Part shown: piece after piece, positions 25,001-35,869 of the stretch | Numbering within the stretch: the first letter of the stretch is position 1 | Layout of the letters: every line of letters starts with the position of its first letter | Source of the DNA: Podarcis bocagei | Lineage: Eukaryota | Direction: 5' to 3' (one strand) | NCBI GenBank assembly: GCA_964188305.1 | Contig: OZ076896.1 | Length of the DNA: 64,000 bases | Program-made: the position numbers and the translations under genes | Notes under the pieces: model-generated | The model's database searches: none | The model's input: only the letters and a program-made list of their open reading frames with translations | What the model was told of the DNA's origin: nothing

Positions 25001-25695
25001 TAATGAGAATGTAATTTATATGGCAAAATTATGCAATTTACGCAATTTGCACAATTAATTACGTAAAGTGCATTGTCATTACATTTTCGTCAGAATTTCC
25101 CACATCCTTAATCACAGACCCACAGAAAGAGCAGGACTTATCCTGTCTTGGTTTAAGCCACATTTTGTATATTACTTTCCAGGACTTGGTACAATGCAGA
25201 CATTCCAGTTATCTATCACATGTCAAAATATTCAAACCACAATCTCAGTCAGTTAGTTATCCATTTTATTCTGAATCCCACAATGCTTTCCATGCCTGGC
25301 TTAAAACTAGATCAAAGAATAAGTATTTGCAGGAGGAAATGTAGGAGTCTCCCCCCCCCCAAAAAAACCACCCCATAATTGTTGTGTTGAAAACTAGAGC
25401 TACCGTCCATTCCTCCTAAATAATTCTTTTTACAAAAACTTTGCCATGCTTCCAGTCCCTGCTACTTTTGGCAGCGCATTTGCTGTGACATGATTGTTCA
25501 TCTGCCATATTGATGCAAGCTCAAGCAGTCTTGAGCTTGCTGTTATCCAAACACCATTCATTTAGTGACCAGCTCTGCCTATTCCTTTCTTCCAGATGGA
25601 TCACGGCACTGAAAGCCTCGGTCAGTAAGTGGTTGCCATTAAACCAGGCCATTCAAGACTTCATGAACCGACCATTGGAGGAGACCAAGATGTGA
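174..25695 (+). CDS. PDZPH1: PDZ and pleckstrin homology domains 1-like gene, 3' part (8 coding exons: 174-275, 3376-3486, 5750-5928, 18139-18296, 19306-19348, 22649-22835, 23482-23617, 25596-25695); 5' exons lie upstream of the window
   Basis: All introns are GT-AG with matching phases (1,1,0,2,0,1,2). The spliced frame is open for ~338 codons: PDZ (RTVRIAKGTGDYPWGFRIQFSKPILVTEVDTNSSAEEAGLQIGDIVMAVNG...), PH1 (RGYLHKRTQSGILKGWRKRWFVL...EMKRWLEAM), PH2 (ECLGLLHQLDKNKDMWVQHYCILKDGCLYFY...NRWITAL), ending ...LEETKM*. The symbol is inferred from domain order plus position convergent with MACIR, as for human PDZPH1P. Confidence 0.85.
904..1050. mobile_element. hAT-type MITE
   Basis: TIRs CAGCGCTTTCTTT / AAAAAAAGCACTG; degenerate 8-bp TSD TATATAGG / CCTATAGG. 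Confidence 0.65.
1458..1634. mobile_element. hAT-type MITE
   Basis: TIRs CATAGGAGCCAAC / GTTGGCACCCCTG; 8-bp TSD CCTGATTA. Confidence 0.8.
3376..3486 (+). CDS. PDZPH1: PDZPH1 exon, C-terminal half of PDZ domain
   Basis: TTGCAG acceptor, AAG|GTAATG donor; SSAEEAGLQIGDIVMAVNGTDVSSMPHSEAANLARK matches the PDZ motif A..GL..GD.I..VNG....M.H..A. Confidence 0.92.
3745..4160. repeat. Old interspersed repeat, with related copies at ~27820-28230 (inverted) and ~57140-57480
   Basis: Shared degenerate blocks (GAGAAATT..ATTCAGTT ... AAATTTTGCAG.ACAGTT) seen by eye in three places. Confidence 0.5.
5750..5928 (+). CDS. PDZPH1: PDZPH1 exon, PDZ end and PH1 N-half
   Basis: TTTCAG acceptor, AAG|GTAAGG donor; GPDILTLLVG...GYLHKRTQSGILKGWRKRWFVLKHDGCLYYYKHKK. 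Confidence 0.93.
6003..6253. mobile_element. Tc1/mariner (Tigger/pogo-like) MITE
   Basis: TA TSD; TIRs CAGTTGTACCT / AGGTACGACTG. Confidence 0.8.
6272..6426. mobile_element. hAT-type MITE
   Basis: TIRs CATAGCTGTCAAC / GTTGACAGCTGTG; 8-bp TSD GCCATACC. Confidence 0.85.
6472..6507. repeat. (CA)n microsatellite
   Basis: Direct observation. Confidence 0.95.
7935..8094. mobile_element. hAT-type MITE (degenerate TIRs)
   Basis: 8-bp TSD ATAACAGC at 7927-7934 and 8095-8102. Confidence 0.65.
8150..8436 (+). mobile_element. RTE-clade LINE 3' fragment
   Basis: Broken frames WETSAEDCSAWRQAV and FICPTCN...IxLYSHSRRC (C-terminal zinc finger typical of RTE ORFs); ends in a CAACA repeat tail. Confidence 0.65.
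8903..9052 (+). mobile_element. L2-like LINE 3' end with (TAT)n tail
   Basis: GGAAGCTGCCCAGAGTGGCTGGGGCAACCCAGCCAGATGGG...ATAAATAAA, the same end as at ~43790 and 49095 (inverted); (ATT)n at ~8996-9052. Confidence 0.75.
10031..10078. repeat. (GA)n microsatellite
   Basis: Direct observation. Confidence 0.95.
11345..11700 (-). mobile_element. Sauria SINE, full length
   Basis: Minus strand: GGGACGCGGGTGGCGCTGTGGGTTAAACC head with B box GGTTCGAATC, core GTGCAAGTAGATAAATAGGTACC, (ACCTTT)n tail. Confidence 0.9.
11908..12056 (-). mobile_element. tRNA-derived SINE with CR1-type 3' tail (related copy ~42250-42362)
   Basis: Minus strand: TAGCTCAGTTGGTAGAGC...GGTTCGATTCCCAC head fused to GGGGGTTGGACTAGATG...CCCTTCCAAC...GATTCT CR1 tail. 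Confidence 0.75.
12868..13253 (-). mobile_element. Sauria SINE, second subfamily
   Basis: Same core with a longer middle part, as at 40797-41172; (ACCTTT)n tail. Confidence 0.88.
15740..16750 (+). promoter_or_regulatory. CpG island / promoter-like cargo inside the hAT element
   Basis: Very GC- and CpG-rich against an AT-rich background. Two divergent ZNF143/THAP11-type ACTAC-nnn-TCCC(A/G)G motifs (15916-15935 minus, 15973-15995 plus) and TTTGAA at 16015-16020. Confidence 0.7.
16135..16191 (+). other. Putative captured first coding exon (MEPGDPRGGGAAAAEAAPQ) of an unidentified host gene
   Basis: Kozak-like aggATGG at 16135, 19 codons, CAG|GTAGGG donor in phase 0. Confidence 0.55.
18139..18296 (+). 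CDS. PDZPH1: PDZPH1 exon, PH1 C-half
   Basis: Long pyrimidine tract + TTTCAG, AAG|GTACAC donor; DEGKCRPLEVTKLEGAEIGVDSTLGKPFVFKCIPQTGNRIFYFCATSNQEMK. Confidence 0.92.
18600..18805 (-). mobile_element. Old tRNA/CORE-type SINE
   Basis: CCTCACAACAA..CT.TGAGGTAG...GACTGGCCCAAGGTCACCCAG...GAACCCTGGTCTCC...CTCTAACCACT. Confidence 0.65.
19306..19348 (+). CDS. PDZPH1: PDZPH1 43-nt exon, PH1 terminal helix
   Basis: CCATAG acceptor, CAG|GTAATC donor; (R)WLEAMEKAVHPVHQ supplies the invariant PH Trp. Confidence 0.88.
22296..22511. mobile_element. Tc1/mariner MITE
   Basis: TA TSD; TIRs CAGTGGTACCTCG / CGAGGTACCACTG. Confidence 0.9.
22649..22835 (+). CDS. PDZPH1: PDZPH1 exon, linker and PH2 N-half
   Basis: TACTAAC branch point (22630-22636) + GTGCAG acceptor, G|GTAGGT donor; NHVWVDVTMHNTSLPPLAIKNPECLGLLHQLDKNKDMWVQHYCILKDGCLYFYASIRSTHAL. 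Confidence 0.9.
23482..23617 (+). CDS. PDZPH1: PDZPH1 exon, PH2 C-half
   Basis: TTCTAG acceptor, CG|GTAGAT donor; GGIYLQGYIVSEQALGSRRSVIEVKPPSEEFKTFYLCAESVTENN. Confidence 0.9.
23842..23988. mobile_element. Young hAT (Tip100-like) MITE, 147 bp
   Basis: Perfect 16-bp TIRs CAGTGGCGTAGCGTGG; perfect TSD TGTCTGGG. Confidence 0.92.
24760..24944. mobile_element. hAT (Tip100-like) MITE
   Basis: CAGTGGCGGA...TCTGCCAGTG termini; TSD ACTAGAGT. Confidence 0.85.
25596..25695 (+). CDS. PDZPH1: PDZPH1 terminal coding exon
   Basis: TTCCAG acceptor; (R)WITALKASVSKWLPLNQAIQDFMNRPLEETKM-TGA. Confidence 0.9.
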
Positions 25696-25832
25696 AGGGG
25701 AAACTAATACAGTCTTCTGTGCTCGGCTTCAGAACAAGTGTGTACCTGCTACCAGCAAATGATAATTTAGTAACATTTGACCATCACATCTCTCATAACT
25801 TACAAGCTGCACAATTTTGTAAGCAATTAGTA

Positions 25833-25838
25833 AATAAA
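25833..25838 (+). terminator. Candidate polyadenylation signal of PDZPH1
   Basis: First AATAAA after the stop codon, followed by a GT/T-rich tract; more distal signals also exist (e.g. ATTAAA 26037, AATAAA 28372). Confidence 0.4.
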
Positions 25839-28800
25839 CAAAAAGCCCTTTGTGTGGATATTCCCCCATTTGTTTTGTGTCTTTTTTTTTAACTGCACCT
25901 ACTACTCAGGAGGAGCTACAATTAGACATGCAATGTGTTGTTATGATCTTATTTTCAGTGTGGAAAACATCATTCTCTAAGGGTTGGGGGGGTGCATGTT
26001 TGCTCCTGAGAATTGTTGTCCTGTGCTTTTACAGGCATTAAACTCAAATATCCCTGAATAATATTTTTCCCATTTTCCTCTGGAGTTTCAAGCACATTTG
26101 CAAGCTAATACTAATGGACAACTGCAGTTATAAATAGCAGCATATAATTTGATGTGCAGACATTTCAGTTGACTTAATTATAGGTATCTATTGTCACTAT
26201 AACACATTGATGATGTTTTTCACAGCAGTGAATTGGTATTTTTCTCCCCAGATGTCCCTCTATGTTCTTGTTCTTGCCAAAATCATAACGGCATTTACCA
26301 ATGTTATTTTTTATGGGGTTTTTTTTTGGGGGGGAGGTTGTTTTTTTTTAAAAAAGCCATTTCAGAAAGCTTTTTGTTTGTTTATATCAAACATATTTCT
26401 TTGGAAAGAATCATGATGTATGTATGTATGGTGTTATTAATCATGGGTGTAATCATACAATGGTTTGTCTTTATTGAAACTAGGCTATAAGGTTGCAGTC
26501 CTACACTCACATGGAAATACGCCCCATTGACATCTATAGAAGTGACTTCTAAGTAGACACATGCAGGATTGAACTGGAAAACTAAATAAGATTGAAAGCA
26601 TAATGTTTATCAAACCAGACCAGAAATTGATGCTTGTGGTTTATCATGAAGCCCCTTTCCTGCCCCATATAGGAGAAAATGTGCACCTCCATTCTGCAGA
26701 AAGCAAACCACAGGAGGTCTTTTCACAATGCCCTGAGTGACTACAGGTTCATTACTGAACAACAGACAAATGTCAGAGTTTTGACTGCCTATCAATTGGC
26801 TGAAGGACACCAAATTTTATTTCTTCCGCTCTGTGTTTCAAAAAGTTTTATTTCCCAGAATCTGGCCATTTTGGTGTCCTCCTCCCGAAAATTATGTCTA
26901 GTTTATTTCATCAACTGATTTTGCACAGCTTCAAAGGACAGTAGTGGAGAGTTAAGCTTTCTCTTGACTCCTAAGCAACCAGCATTGCCAGATTCTTAGA
27001 TGAAAATCCAGTTGCCTTGTAACCAGACTTCAATGGCATACCCACATATATGCCCATCTGCTGTGCTGGCATCGTGCCCCACTAGCATGATAGAGTGCTA
27101 ATTTTAAATGAAGGGGGGGATTATAGGTTTTTATAAAGAGGAGAATGTGGGGGAATTATATTTCATATACACCAAAGGATGGCGATATTAAATTGTGGGC
27201 ATTGCATAAAAGAGACTGTACAGTATTCATGGACACTTCAGGAATTAAATATTATATTTCCCTGATTACAGTGATGTCAGGTGTAGCTTGTTAAATGATG
27301 GCACAGACATTATTTACTAATGGTTGCTTCCTGTAAATTTTCTCTGCTAATTGATTAAGTTTCATTCTGTTGCATCAGCTGAGCAAACCTACAGCAAACT
27401 GCTTTGCTGATTGTACTGTAGCTTTTGGGGGGCAGGGGGGGTGTTTTATTAGTACTGAGCAGCCATTGTACAGAACATTTTAAATTTCAAAACTTCCAGC
27501 TTTCATGCTTTAAAAATGATTCCACTAAGGACAGAGGGATCACTGCATTTTGAAGATTTCTTAATGGTGTCAGGCGACAAACCTGTACACTCTTACCTAA
27601 GAGTAAGGGGGGGTGTATTAACTAAACCGACATTCCATTGAACTCACTGGGAATTACGTCTGAGTAAACATAGAGGATCCTTAATGCCACATTGACACTA
27701 GTGTTTGTGTACACAATCTGTATGGGTTAAGAATGGTAAATGGGTGCAAACACACAAATCCATTCATTATGTAACTGATTGAACCACAGTAGAATATGCT
27801 AAGCAAATGTATGATAGCCAATAAGGAAAGCATGAATCTGTTCATTTCAGTTTCTCATTTTCCCCATCAGTTCCACAGCAATCTGCATTTTTAAAAAACC
27901 CTCATGGAAATCCACCAACATTTTAGTATAACTTTCTCCTAAGAGGCACATTTTTGTATGCATATTTTACAATTTTGTATGCAGTTTTTACAATTTCCCA
28001 TACTTTAATGCATTTGGGGTAAGTTGTTTTTCATGAACGTATGCATTTTTATGCATGCTTCCCCCTCAAACATGCATTCTGAACACTGTGACTGGAGACC
28101 TGCTTTGCAAAATCTGGAGAAGTCCGGAATTTGAAGGCTCATTGTGTTGTAGCTCACCTTTTGGCTAGGGAAGTGTGAAGGAGGTCATTTCCCATTAAAA
28201 TGGAAAGGAAATTAAATTTCTGCCCCATCCATACAGCCAGTTAAGATCTACCTACTTAGTTGTGAGATAGCATGTGATCATCTTTCCAGTTTTTCACAAC
28301 ACATAATTCCAGATGCAAAGCAAATCATATCCTTCTCTCACCTTCTACATGGGATTGACTGTAGTTTTTTTAATAAAAAAAAGTGAAAGAGAAGAGACGC
28401 TAATTTGGAGGTCAACATTCCTTTGTTAGGAAATGCTCTGCACTGTTGCCAGTAAATTGGCTGCAGCAGGAGGAGATAATTTGAACTGAACCATTTGTCA
28501 TCTGCTACTAAGATATGACAGAAACATGTCCCAAGGTCTGTTACGTCAGGTCAGAGATCACAAACAAAACACACATGATTTCATTGTTTAACGTTCCTGG
28601 GATTAATCTTTGCATTTATTTATATTGTAGGTGAAATGCATTTTCCATGTGGTAAACATGAAGAAATGTTTGAATTATATGTCATTTTCTCTGGATGGGA
28701 GACAATTCATTCTTAATTGTTACCAAAGCCCTATTCTGAATAACTTCAGGTAGCAAACAGTCTGGCTGCGTTCAAGAATGGACTTGCTAACTGGGATTTT

Positions 28801-29252
28801 CTTTGTTTCCAATGGTATATTAATTATTGTCTTAGGCCTTGATCCAGGTATGACTATTCACAAAAGGCACTGAACACAACAATGGCAGTACAGATGAAAA
28901 CAACAGAGAACAACCTAAACAAGATGGATGCAAAGGTGCACCGCTCTTTGTCCTGAGCTAAGATGAATGTGGCCAATTGGCATGGACTTTTGGCTCAGCT
29001 GATCCACTTACCCCTGGCACCCTGTATACATCCTTAAGAGGACAGATTTAGTTAGAAACAGAGGAAGCTGTCTTAGACTTAAGTAAGCCATTGGCCCCCT
29101 CAATCTCATCATGCTCTACACAGGCCAGTGATGGCTCTCTCCAAGCTATCAGACAGGAGTATATATAGAATTATTATTATTATTAAATAATATATATTTA
29201 ATAATATATATATAGAATTATATATATGTATATATGTAATATGTATATAGAA

Positions 29253-30118
29253 TTATTATTATTATTAAAATTTGTATTCCACCCTTCGTCCGCAGATCTC
29301 AGGACTGTTCACAACATAAAGCTACAATATAAAAACCACTAAATACTTAGTGAAAATAATAACAGCAACAAACCAATAATCCCCTCTCCCACAACACATT
29401 TAAAAAGGCATTGGATGTCCATCAGGCCAAGGCCTGGTTGAAGAGGAACATTTTTTGTCAGGCACCCAAAGGTGTATAATGAAAGTGCCAGCCGAACCTC
29501 CCTGGGGAGCGTATTCTACAAATGGGGAGCCACTGCAGAAAAGGCCCATTCTTGTGCTGCCACCCTCCAGACTTCACATGGAGGAGGCACATGAAAAAGG
29601 GCCTTAGACAATGATCTCAGGGTTCAAGTAGGTTCATCTGGAGAGAGGTCGTCCTTGAGGTATTGCAGTCTTGAGCCATAGGTCAAAACCAACACTTTGA
29701 ATAGGGCCAGAAACTAAATGGCAGCCAGTGCAGTCGGGCCAGATTGGTGTAATATACTCAAACCATCTTGCCCCGGTGAACAACCTGGCTGCCAGATTCT
29801 GCACCAGCTAAAGTTTCCATACTGTCTTCAGAGGCAGTCCTACGTATAATGCGTTGTGGTAATCTAACCTAGATGATACCAGTGCATAGACAACAGAGGT
29901 TAGGCTATCCCTGTCCAGATAAGGCTGCAGCTGGGCCACCAGCTGAAGCTGATGGAAGACACTCTGTGCCACCGAGGCCACCTGAACCTCAAGCGACAGC
30001 AAAGGATTCAGGAGCAGCCCCATGTGCCTGCTCCTTCAGAGGTGGTGTGACCCCATCAAGAGTAGGCAAGCTGCCATCCATCCAGTCTAGGGAACCATCC
30101 ACAAACAGTGTCTCAATC
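29253..30118 (-). mobile_element. L2-clade LINE 3' fragment
   Basis: ORF remnant ...PYLDRDSLTSVVYALVSSRLDYHNALYVGLPLKTVWKL (SRLDYCN motif); (AAT)n tail at ~29253. Confidence 0.85.
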
Positions 30119-30371
30119 TTAAAAAAAGAGTTGCTCTACTGCTAAGCTATGACACTTCTGTACAACCATGACCAGCAAAGCTGTGCATCAAGGATGGAGT
30201 AAGGCTCCAATGCCACAGAAGGAGACAAGTTGTCTTCACGCATCAGTGGTGGAACCTTTGAGCTGCTCCTTCAGCACAGCAGCTTACAGGGTCAAAAATC
30301 CAAGTAGCTTCAACCCTAAGGCAAGCATAGTTAACAGAATTACACAATTAATGTGCATACAGTCTCTAGAA

Positions 30372-30500
30372 CAGGCATAGGCCAACTTGGCCCTCCAGAT
30401 GTTTTTGGCCTACAACTCCCATGATCCCTAGCTAACAGAACCAGTGGTCAGGGATGATGGGAACTGTAGTCCCAAAACATCTGGAGGGCCGAGTTTGCCT
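30372..30500. mobile_element. Palindromic hAT-type MITE with inverted CTACA.CTCCCA motifs
   Basis: GGCCCTCCAGATGTTTT...AAAACATCTGGAGGGCC inverted arms; left flank CTCTAGAA. Confidence 0.8.
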
Positions 30501-31329
30501 AGAATGATTGGTTTGCCCTTTCTATCTTTAATCTGTACTTTTTCAGGTTTTTCCTGTGCCTAGTGGCACTTTGCTTCTTCATGTCTTTGAGTTTAGGCAT
30601 TCTTTTCTCTAGATGTCTCATCCCAGAAACATTCTTGTAGGGGACAGTTCCCCCCCCCCAGGCCTCTGTATTGGTTATTGAGTATGCATACACAATAAAT
30701 ACAAATATTTACCAACAGCATTTGAAGGTTGCATCTAACAGAAAATTTTCAGCACAGGTTAATTTCCCCTCATTTGATTCCATTGCTTAGAATGCTAGCC
30801 TGATGCTTTTGCAAAAGCAACGGACCAGAAATGGGTTCAGCTCAGAAACATTTCAAGAGAGCAACGGGGGGGGGGGGGGCAAACTCTGTCTCCCGAGCCT
30901 TTTGCTGCTTTCTCCTGATTGCGCTATGGGTCAAAGAACAAAGGCTCGGGAGCAATAGCTAAACAATTCACAGTGTACAGCTGTTTGCCCTTGACATCTT
31001 TTCAATAGTGCACCAATGAGAAAAGAGTGCTCTCTTTCACTAGAAGGGCTACAAGGAAAATCTGGAATGCTGACATTGTCTGGATTTGTTTGGTCCATGA
31101 ACAGACAGGAGCTGAATTCAGATGAGCTGCTGTGGTGTCAAAGCAGACATGTGCTGATTTGTGCTGCTGTCGTGACGTCGCAGATCAGGCTGTAAGTTGC
31201 TATCTTCTGGCTCACCTTCACATTTCAAAGTATTTCAAAGAGGAATGAGGTACAATACAGTTGTACCTAAATGCATAATTAACCTGCCAATATCTCTTAC
31301 TCAGTTTTACACCTTAACCCACCCATAAG

Positions 31330-31333
<4 letters not shown>

Positions 31334-31390
<57 letters not shown>
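31334..31390. repeat. Compound (CT)n(GT)n microsatellite
   Basis: Direct observation. Confidence 0.95.
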
Positions 31391-31393
<3 letters not shown>

Positions 31394-32064
31394 TTATAAT
31401 ACACAGTAGATGGTAACTAAAGCATTTTAAATGTAGCAACTGCTTTATTAAGTATTAGAATATTGGACCTGAATGGGTCTAGTAGTTTGAAAGGCAATGG
31501 GCCGCACTCTTTTTTCAGCACCAAAATACAGTATAATGGAAATTATGTCACAATAGTTGTGCAACAGAGTCCAGTGATTCTAAGATAGCCTTATTTCACA
31601 AGGCAGCCACTATATCTCTGCTTCTTTACAACGTGCTAAATGCTGTACGAAATGTTATTTGTTTATTTTGTTTAAGAGCTACTTCCCCTGAAACATCCGA
31701 AAGTGATCTAACAAAAATAAAAATATTAACAGAAACATATATAGAAACAATTTCAGGTCCAATATGGATGCAGTTGTTAAAAAGCAAACTGGTCCCTGGT
31801 GAAAGAACACACACAGTCTAAAGCAACATGGGGGAAAGAGAAAGGAGATGCAGCTATAATACATCTCTTGGTCTGTGACCATAATAAGCAATTAATTTCA
31901 ATATTGTGGTTATCTTTACTTTGCATAGAAAGAACAATGGTTAAAGCTACATTCCTTTACTTGCCTGTTGTGCTTTGGGGGCAAAGCTTTGTTAGGGAGG
32001 GAGAAACCAAGCAGAGATGTGTGGAGAGGAAGGGAAGAAGACAGAGCTGAGGTTGACAGTGAAG

Positions 32065-32323
32065 AAGGGTTGCCATATTTCAAAAAGTGAAAATCTGGAC
32101 ACAAAAGGCAATTTTGACAAAGTTGTTGAGCATTTGGGGTGGGGCAAACCTGTTGAGCTGTTTTTAGTTTTGTCCAAAGTTGTTGAGCTTCTTTTGCAAA
32201 ATCTCAACAAAAGTAAGTTTTTGAGCTATTTTTAAGCGCATTCACCAAAATCTAGACTTCCGAAATGCATACGGACTTTCCTGGACATCGAAGGGATTTT
32301 CGCCCGGACGTATGGCAACCCCA
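32065..32323. mobile_element. hAT (Blackjack-like) MITE
   Basis: AGGGTTGCCATA / TATGGCAACCCC termini; 8-bp TSD CAGTGAAG. Confidence 0.8.
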
Positions 32324-34622
32324 CAGTGAAGAGACCCACGATTCGCAGCATTGGCCAATATATATGAATCCAGTAGGGTCTGGTCAGAATATTGGACAAA
32401 GTTGATCCTGCTTTCAGCACAACTACCAGGGCTGCCGACTCCCGGCCTGCTTCCACAAGCTGCTTAAGTACTGCAGCACCTACTGGTAGTTTATCCTATT
32501 GCTGCACAATGTACAGCTTCAGCTCTTTTCCTGCCAGATTTCTAATTGCTTTTGCCTGCCAAATTAAAGAGGCAGTTCGATGGCATCAGGAAGCTCTTAC
32601 TCATTTAGGTATTAATAGAACAAAATGTCATTAAAAAAAAACACAGAGAAGAGATGTAAAAGGTCTCTCTGCAGGGAATCATAAGGAAAACATTGTGAAG
32701 GGTCATCATGATACACAGTCAACAAAAGCCTGTGGTGAAAGTGGCTGTTGGGACCATAACAACCACCTTCATCTTTCCATGGGCTTTCTGTGTAGTATCT
32801 TGACAACTGGATGGACCCAGAGGTGGGTCTACTCTAATTGTGTGTCCAAGAGGAAACTGCTCAGTGATTGGGGTCAACCATATTAAAGAAGACAAAGGAC
32901 AATATTATTGGGATGAAATAGGTCGCAACTTTATTGATAACACATATAAACCAGATTAGGAGAAGGCATCGGGTATGTGTCCAAGATAAACCAGCCTGCC
33001 TGCTGGTTGATAATGAGATTGTTTGACCCTGTTAAGGAGGTTGCGCCCCGACACACATTGAGTGTGACACTCCCTCTAGGGCCACCTCTTGAAGGGGTGC
33101 TGTGGTCCATGTGGGCTCCCAGACAGCAATGTCCCTTCCAAGACCCCTTTAATGGGGTACCCAGATGTTAAAGATCGAGGCCCAATGCTTTACCCACCAC
33201 CCAAGCTGACACTCTTGACACCACACCACCAAACTGCTCACATCTGCAACCAATCCCTAAGGCCCCTTGCCACATCCCAGAGCCAGAGTTTGTTCTGTGC
33301 TGCTGATAGGTGTGTACCGTCTGGTCTAAAGAGGTTGCCATCCGAGAAGATGGTGTTGGGGTGTTGTATCATCCTGCCTCCAAGCGGTGTGACTCAACTA
33401 CAGATTTCCCCGTTCATCTTCTTTCTTGCCAGATCAAGGCGTGTGTGCTCTGATGTGCCCTGCCACAGCTGCCACTGCAGGGGCTCGGACAAAATCAAGG
33501 ACACAGTGGGCTGGGCTGGGTGCAATGACCTGAGGTCTTTTTGACAAATATTACACATTTAAAACATGTCCCCCTCCATTATGAGTTCCTGTACAATAAC
33601 TTGATGAAGAGATTCTCTACTTAACAGGGACCTGTTTATGCTACTTACAAGAGCATAACTCATCAAATCCCTAGCATGCTTAGATAATGTCTGACAGATT
33701 AAATGTTTGTCTCTGTGCTTCTGCTTTGATGTGACCTTGGGCTCATGTCAATGCTGCGTAATATGAACACATCAAGATCACGGCCAACCACGCACTGCAG
33801 AAAGAAAGATTTGCTGAAATCAGCCACTTGTAAAAGACACTGGCAAAGGCATCAAAGAGAGAGAGAATGTGTTCTCCAGAACAGAAATCTCCCCCGTCAT
33901 CTACATCATTAAATCATGCCCCTCCCTACACAACCGTTTGCTTGCCTTGCCAGCAGTGACTCATTGGAAGTGCTTAGCTGTGAAAGCTCTGAGATCCACA
34001 GATTATTTGTTGCATTATATCATTCCCTTGAGGTCCTGCTCTAAAACAAAGGCTCTGTATCAGACAGCATCCACCAAACCACAGTCATAAGACCTAGTAG
34101 TGTTGGGAGCACAGCCAAATGAAAGGATTTCTTTAACCGATCTTGATATGATACCATGGTCACAGATATTGTTACATATATCCCTGTCAGGTATGAAAGC
34201 ATTATAAATAATGTGCAGTATTGATCTAGCTCTATAATGTCTCTCTTTCTCTCTGTTGCTATTTGGTTTGAATGGTTTCTTTCACAGGCTGCAGCATCTT
34301 ATTCTATATGGCAAATAATTAAACTTGTTCCAAAAGAACGACAATAACCTATGCCCAAAATAATTATTTGCCGTATAGAATAAGAAGGCCCATAGATGCA
34401 TTTGCCAGATTCACCCAATTTCCCCCTCCCCACCTACTTTTTGGAAAGGAGAATTGTGCAGAGCAAGCCTCCATTCACACATATATACCAAGCACCTGTT
34501 TACTATCTAGTGCACCCATGCAATGTGCACCCACATGCATTAGGCATGTGCGAGAGTGGATCACCCTCTGGTACACATTTGGCGACTTCTACTTTTAGCT
34601 ATGGGTCGCTGTGATGACTCTA

Positions 34623-35668
34623 CAGTGGTACCTCAGGTTACATACGCTTCAGGTTACATACGCTTCAGGTTACAGACTCCGCTAACCCAGAAATATTACC
34701 TCGGGTTAAGAATTGTATAATCTGATATTAGAGTGGGAAACAAAGGATGAATTAGTTAAAGCATCAATGATTAAATGGGCGCAAGATATTGGGAAAAATA
34801 TTATGTTTGAACAATGGGAGAAATTGTGGAAAGAAGATATGAAATTCACCATGTGTTATATACTGAAAGAAAATTACCTTAAGATGCAACATAGATGGTA
34901 TTTAACACCTGAAAGAATAGCAAAAATGAATAAAAACTGTAGCGATATCTGCTGGCGATGCAACACGGGAAAAGGTACTATGACACATATATGGTGGAAT
35001 TGTTTAAACATCAAACAATTTTGGGAAATAATATATAATGAAATGAAAAAAATGTTTAGATACTCATTTAGGAAAACGCCAGAAGGTTTTCTATTGGGAA
35101 TAGTACCAGGAAGCCTAAAGGAAGAAGATAAGACCTTATATTTATACGCAACAGTAGCAGCAAGGCTATTGATTGCGAAAAACTGGAAAAGTGGTATAAT
35201 ACTGACAAAAACAGAGTGGCTTGCCAAATTATTGGAGTATTACAATATATCCAAAACAATGGAAGAAATTGGAAGGATTTCAAAAGAAAAGATAGATAGG
35301 GACTGGAAGGTGTTTAAAATATACTTGCAAAATCATATCGAAAAATCAGAACTCCTATTAGAATAAACAAGTTCCGTTTCAAATACTGAAATATCAAATA
35401 AGATGGAAAACAATGTGTAATAGAAAAAGAAGAAGGAAATTAGGGTAAAGGTGTGTGAAAGAAAGTAATAGAAGTGTAAAGAAATTGTAATTGAGTAGAT
35501 TGGAAGTCAAACACAAAGGTGGGGTGAAGGGTTGGTGGATGGTGATGGGGAAAGGAACTATTTGTGGGATTGAGTGTAAGTATGTTTGAACATTTTTAAG
35601 GATTGTATGAAATGTATGTTTGTATGCTTGTATATGTGTATTAATGATGAATTTAAATTAATTAAATA

Positions 35669-35714
<46 letters not shown>

Positions 35715-35869
35715 GAATTTTGCTTCAGGATGAGAACAGAAATTGTGCTGCGGCGGCACGGCAGCAGCAGGAGGCCCCTTTAGCTAAAGTGGTGCTTCAG
35801 GTTAAGAACAGTTTCAGGTTAAGTACGGACCTCCGGAATGAATTAAGTACTTAACCTGAGGTACCACTG
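34623..35869. mobile_element. Tc1/mariner MITE interrupted by an L1
   Basis: TA TSD, CAGTGGTACCTCAGGTTA TIRs; rejoining 34623-34714 with 35720-35869 gives the same family as 55370-55599. Confidence 0.9.
34715..35712 (+). mobile_element. 5'-truncated L1 (ORF2 C-terminus, 3' UTR, (AAT)n tail)
   Basis: Open 217-aa frame with CCHC knuckle CWRCNTGKGTMTHIWWNC; TSD AAGAATT; TT|AAGA target. Confidence 0.9.

Noticed and set aside
31633-31821. Exon-like 62-aa ORF after a T-rich tract
   Set aside because: It lies after the PDZPH1 stop, with weak splice sites and no recognisable homology.
32843-33546. Possible solo LTR (TGTCCAAG...TTTGACA, minus-strand AATAAA)
   Set aside because: No TSD found and boundaries are uncertain.
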